A DNA stretch of 64,000 bases, taken from positions 42,232 to 106,231 of the forward strand of contig NZ_WTLI01000007.1 in the NCBI RefSeq assembly GCF_011421635.1. The letters are read 5' to 3'. The notes beneath the pieces were generated by a model, which saw only the letters and a list, made by a program, of their open reading frames with translations, was not told the DNA's origin and made no database searches. Source of the stretch: Paenibacillus turpanensis (GTDB taxonomy: Bacteria > Bacillota > Bacilli > Paenibacillales > YIM-B00363). This document shows, in pieces, positions 61,101 through 64,000 of the stretch (position 1 is its first letter; each line of letters starts with the position of its first letter). A program made the position numbers and the translations under genes.

Positions 61101-64000
61101 AAGGCTTAAAGGGTACGCCGAATTCTATTCAGCTTGATAACCTGGTGCGAAAAGGGTCATCGGGTGGCGGCGGAAATGAAATTCCCGACGGGCAGCGTGT
61201 AAATATTTATGTAGCCGGCGATTCGACGGTGAAGACATACGGCCCAAGCTCAGATACAGGGGGCTGGGGAGAATATTTACAAAGCTTTTTTAACTCGGAA
61301 AAGGTGAATGTCGTTAATTATGCCAATGGGGGCAGAAGCTCCAGAAGCTTTATCAATGAGGGAAGTTTGGATAAAATTGCTTCGACCATTAAAGCCGGTG
61401 ATTATTTGCTGGTTCAGTTCGCCCACAATGATTCCGCGAATCAGCAAGGATATTTGCTGGATAGATTCGTTTCCGTGGGAGAACCGGATGCAAATGGTAT
61501 TTATCCTTCCATTCCGGGTGTGAAGGAAGCTACTCCGTTAACGCTTCCAGCGCAGTACGGGGCAGAGTATTATACTTATACAAGCGGTACCTTTAAGTGG
61601 TATTTGCAGCAGTATATCGATGTAGCGCGAAATGCGGGTGCGACACCGATCTTGGTAACTCCTGTTTCAAGACAATATTTTAACTCGGACGGCACCATCC
61701 GAACTCATCATGATGCAACCGATACAGCAACGGGAACCATTACAAGCGTCAACAATGCTTATGTAAGAGCTGTGGAGCAGCTGGGTGAGGAGCAAGGGGT
61801 TAAGGTTGTTGATATGTTTAGCTTAACAAGGGATGCTTTTGAAAAAGCGTACAAGAATGACCCTGCAGCCAGCAATGGATCGTCGCCATTAGCCAAGGCC
61901 GTAATGGTTGCCGGAGATTCGACCCACAATAATAAAATTGGCGGCTTTTATAACGGCGGTCTCCTTGCCAAGGAAATACAGGGACTCGGATATAACATCT
62001 CGAATTATGTCATTCCACCGATAAGAGTAGGCGGTCTGGATAGCAAGAACAGCGTGCAATTTGTAGTGGATTCACACAGTAATGTAAGTGTATACACTCC
62101 CGATGAAAGCGGGGTTTATACAACTCAGCCTGATACGTATTGGACGGATGAGACACAGGCTCTAATTGATCAGCTTTCTCCGGGATCGGAGCAGCCTATC
62201 ATAACTTCCATCGTAAAGCCAGCCGATCGGACCGTCATGCAAGGGAATACAGCTGTTCTTCCACAAACGGTAACAGCCGTATATAGTGACGGAGCTCAAA
62301 AGGCTGTAGGAGTAATTTGGGATACGGTTGATACTTCCAAGGTTGGAACGATAGAGGTTCATGGAACCGTAGACGGTTTTGCCGCAGGAGTGACAATCAA
62401 GGTGACCATAACGGCAAAAACGAATCCGACCTCTACGATTTGGATCGTTGGGGACTCGACGGTAAGCTCTTTCTCGGATCATTATTATTATCCGCGTTAC
62501 GGTTGGGGCACTCAGATTGGAAATTACCTGGACGGTTCATTCCATATCCAAAATATCGCCTTGTCCGGAAGAAGCTCAAAGAGCTATACCCTCGATCCGG
62601 AATATCAGACATTGCGGAACGGAATGAAGAGCGGAGATTATTTGATCATCGGATTCGGTCATAATGATGAAAAAGCTGAGGCGGAAAGGTACACGAATCC
62701 GAATGGAACTTATTTGGATTCAGGCTCCTTTGCGAATTCCTTGTATGAAAACTATATTAAACCGGCCCAGGCGGCAGGAACAAAAGTCATCCTTTCTACG
62801 CCAATTGTGAGAAGAACGGATTCCGGGGTATGGAGCAATTCTAATCTTCATATCACAGGCACATCAGGAGCGTTTGAAGGCGGAGATTATGCGCAAGCGA
62901 TCAGGGATTTGGGAACAGCGCTTCAGGTGCCGGTTGTGGATATGACTACATTAACGAAAGCGCTATATGACGAGCTCGGTCCGGCAGAGACTCTCTATTT
63001 GCATGCGTGGACCTCATCCAAACCGGTCAGTGTAGATAACACACACACCAATATCTGGGGCGGGAAATACAATGCATTCCTTGTAACCAAGACGATAAAA
63101 GAACTTGGCGTAAGCGGACTTTCTGAACATGTGATTGATGCTGCGGCGCCAACGAAAGCAGATACATTAGTTTCTAATCCTGATTACCAAGACGCGCCAT
63201 ATACCGGTGAATTGCCGCAAAGCAGCTTATGGCCGGACCATGGGATCTGGAAAGGGACCGTATTTGGCGACGTAGGGGGGACTCCAAGCTCTGAAAACCA
63301 AACCCTCGAAACCGATGGCGATGGGAACATGCATATTTCAGTAGCCAATAATAAAGGAAAAATAGCAGGTTCGTCCGATGGAATCGCTATGTATTACTAT
63401 AAAGTGCCTGCAAACAGCACATTCACGCTAACAGCGAAAGCGAAGTTGAATCGCTTTGAGCTGAATGACCAGGTATCCTTTGGTTTGATGGTTAGGGATG
63501 CCATGTTTATTGATTCCTATACAAAGGATGCTGTCGGCGATTATGTGGCAGCAGCACCTTTAAAGCTCACGAAGGCAGCGGCAGGAGGATTTTGGAATAG
63601 CTTCGCTAGAAAGAGCGGGGTTCTTACCCAGGGCGGAACCGCTGTAAACCCAATTGCTGCAGGAGATACGGTTGAGCTACGCATCGAAGGTACTGCGGAT
63701 GGGTATATGGCTAAATTCGGTAACGAGGCAGCGGTTACCGGAGGATTTGATTTTAAGCTTACGAGTATTGATCCGGATTACGTATATGTAGGGATGTTTG
63801 CTGCAAGAAATGCGGATGTAACCTTTAGCGACATCAAGCTGCTGGTGGATGGTGTTGAGGTGACAGGAGACGACGTTGTCGAGACCCCGTCCGATGTGGC
63901 TGACCCGAATTCTACGAAAGACAGAGCATTGCGGAAATATGCGCTTGAAGGCTATGCAGCTGCTCAGGAGGTAACAGGAGGCGGATTGCTTTTAGAAACG
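58184..64000 (+). CDS. Giant secreted pectin-modifying esterase: CE8 pectin methylesterase plus two CE12 SGNH/GDSL rhamnogalacturonan acetylesterase domains plus Big-like domains; 3' end outside window
   Basis: Signal peptide MFMRSKKAMSKVLTFIMLFTLAFSS. Pectinesterase motifs GSQDTL, DYIFGDG and GRPWG. Two GDSL blocks (YVAGDSTV...GGRSSRSF and WIVGDSTVSS...GRSSKSY). No stop before the window end, which is why the ORF track lacks it. Start coordinate approximate. Confidence 0.7.
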   Translation, partial: MFMRSKKAMSKVLTFIMLFTLAFSSMGELKVLANEPLNSRNIDVWDFGGIQTSGELYNNHITPEMLDSQTTIKSGTFATTVYGDLTVANPVSSDRSYYYGPDGTTPGVNSSGSSGTQTFSYDDGYTANGMYYANGTGGTGRRFLTLDHVVAGDKITVYGGTHNASSETIHLVHAAVSVDGTNVTVTPDPSEAQDHTAAFGGIGQKVELVAQYSGSYQIYVSAGAGGKPYFQRVVRTPGVKVSGSVNLNGSDIDAGYLVSFTNQTTGDATTVHVNADNTFDAVLATGYDYIATLKDVTSYRFSDETKLISTSTSDIASGKSVSLDVIANQLVTVSGNIKGFDSSYDVRGLEITFTPPEGSLASPIAATINTDAMTFSADVQDGIEYTAVMSGVNDYEITDGGSIHVSVDTVQDITVDAKAVYTAAGLYQGFPSTAQVSSITFTNVDDGYIYKGTVTNGGYSVSLRNGAYSVTAVTSENYSTSSHVVINGQNTNKDILFVNNTAPEPLPWVPDLYVGDSSKQNNYNTVKEALAAAARMNPTGEAKRITIHIAPGVYREQLVIKTPFITLVNSHPNPTSDPSTQAKITWYYGIGYKYYSIGADGFYNEEKAFDKYSKNIASKWGGTVYLTSTATDFKAQNIVFENSFNKYITEEELADGVELANAEAGTTISVDRKIFTDVTSKTATERAAAMLIEGNRAEFVGCSFLGSQDTLFTGGSGTNSSYFKDSFIEGNTDYIFGDGNVVFDNVTLNFAGYSDKAVGGYITAARDSAAYGYLFRNATVTAGSKNLQTSGFFGRPWGAGAKVTFVNTKLQNGSMIDPRGWTDMSGPAENANFAEYNTTYNGGAVDTAQRRAPVLTDTQAAAIDVTDYFGGWTPTFYAADTETPPTFKTAPFFTTDDDINIPYTGNTISLGYEFEHTNDNLNDSSLIQWYRVSPDGTETLIQATKAYISKTYKITSGDIGFYIKAVVTPETVKGLKGTPNSIQLDNLVRKGSSGGGGNEIPDGQRVNIYVAGDSTVKTYGPSSDTGGWGEYLQSFFNSEKVNVVNYANGGRSSRSFINEGSLDKIASTIKAGDYLLVQFAHNDSANQQGYLLDRFVSVGEPDANGIYPSIPGVKEATPLTLPAQYGAEYYTYTSGTFKWYLQQYIDVARNAGATPILVTPVSRQYFNSDGTIRTHHDATDTATGTITSVNNAYVRAVEQLGEEQGVKVVDMFSLTRDAFEKAYKNDPAASNGSSPLAKAVMVAGDSTHNNKIGGFYNGGLLAKEIQGLGYNISNYVIPPIRVGGLDSKNSVQFVVDSHSNVSVYTPDESGVYTTQPDTYWTDETQALIDQLSPGSEQPIITSIVKPADRTVMQGNTAVLPQTVTAVYSDGAQKAVGVIWDTVDTSKVGTIEVHGTVDGFAAGVTIKVTITAKTNPTSTIWIVGDSTVSSFSDHYYYPRYGWGTQIGNYLDGSFHIQNIALSGRSSKSYTLDPEYQTLRNGMKSGDYLIIGFGHNDEKAEAERYTNPNGTYLDSGSFANSLYENYIKPAQAAGTKVILSTPIVRRTDSGVWSNSNLHITGTSGAFEGGDYAQAIRDLGTALQVPVVDMTTLTKALYDELGPAETLYLHAWTSSKPVSVDNTHTNIWGGKYNAFLVTKTIKELGVSGLSEHVIDAAAPTKADTLVSNPDYQDAPYTGELPQSSLWPDHGIWKGTVFGDVGGTPSSENQTLETDGDGNMHISVANNKGKIAGSSDGIAMYYYKVPANSTFTLTAKAKLNRFELNDQVSFGLMVRDAMFIDSYTKDAVGDYVAAAPLKLTKAAAGGFWNSFARKSGVLTQGGTAVNPIAAGDTVELRIEGTADGYMAKFGNEAAVTGGFDFKLTSIDPDYVYVGMFAARNADVTFSDIKLLVDGVEVTGDDVVETPSDVADPNSTKDRALRKYALEGYAAAQEVTGGGLLLET

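Overview
This 64 kb window reads as a Paenibacillus-like Firmicute chromosome, with GC around 52-55% in housekeeping genes and SLH, cohesin and dockerin modules present. The main content, in order:
(1) The 3' part of the glycolytic operon (pgk' - tpiA - gpmI - eno), ending in a terminator.
(2) A zinc-starvation (Zur) locus with four paralogous COG0523 metallochaperone GTPases. It also holds moaB, a thioredoxin-like [2Fe-2S] ferredoxin, a Fur-family regulator, a Cys-less L33 (rpmG) paralog and three candidate Zur boxes.
(3) secG - est - rnr - smpB - ssrA (tmRNA).
(4) A genomic island inserted at the tmRNA 3' end. It carries a tyrosine integrase and a convergent excisionase. It also carries an AT-rich segment with two tandem HNH-nuclease-domain proteins of unknown function, an IS256-family IS, and an RNA-repair cassette: hen1 - pnkp - kptA/tpt1 - tatD - a 414-aa helical unknown. 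An imperfect copy of the tmRNA 3' end and tRNA-like debris sit at about 31.1 kb.
(5) Just beyond that, a second RNA-repair module: a cytoplasmic SPFH-domain protein, a truncated RlaP-like nucleotidyltransferase and rtcB. An XRE regulator plus membrane-protein pair, cspA, a ydjO-like gene and a 35-nt internal tmRNA fragment copy at about 36.03 kb follow.
(6) A hybrid sensor kinase with two kinase cores, plus a REC-SARP response regulator.
(7) A cohesin-dockerin pair: a GLUG/Flg_new/dockerin protein, and an SLH-anchored scaffoldin-like protein with two cohesins and six near-identical Ig-like repeats of about 300 bp.
(8) A LacI-regulated sugar cluster: an isomerase-like gene interrupted by an in-frame TAA, a split transketolase, an FGGY kinase, a nucleoside hydrolase and a GH105 hydrolase.
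(9) A small HNH gene, a MerR regulator, and the start of a giant secreted pectin methylesterase/CE12 acetylesterase.
The most notable signal is the concentration of RNA-end healing and sealing functions (Hen1, Pnkp, Tpt1/KptA, TatD, RtcB, RlaP remnant) on and next to a tmRNA-integrated island. The uncharacterised tandem HNH pair on the same island is the second.
Coordinates derived by hand rather than from the ORF track may be off by 1-2 nt.
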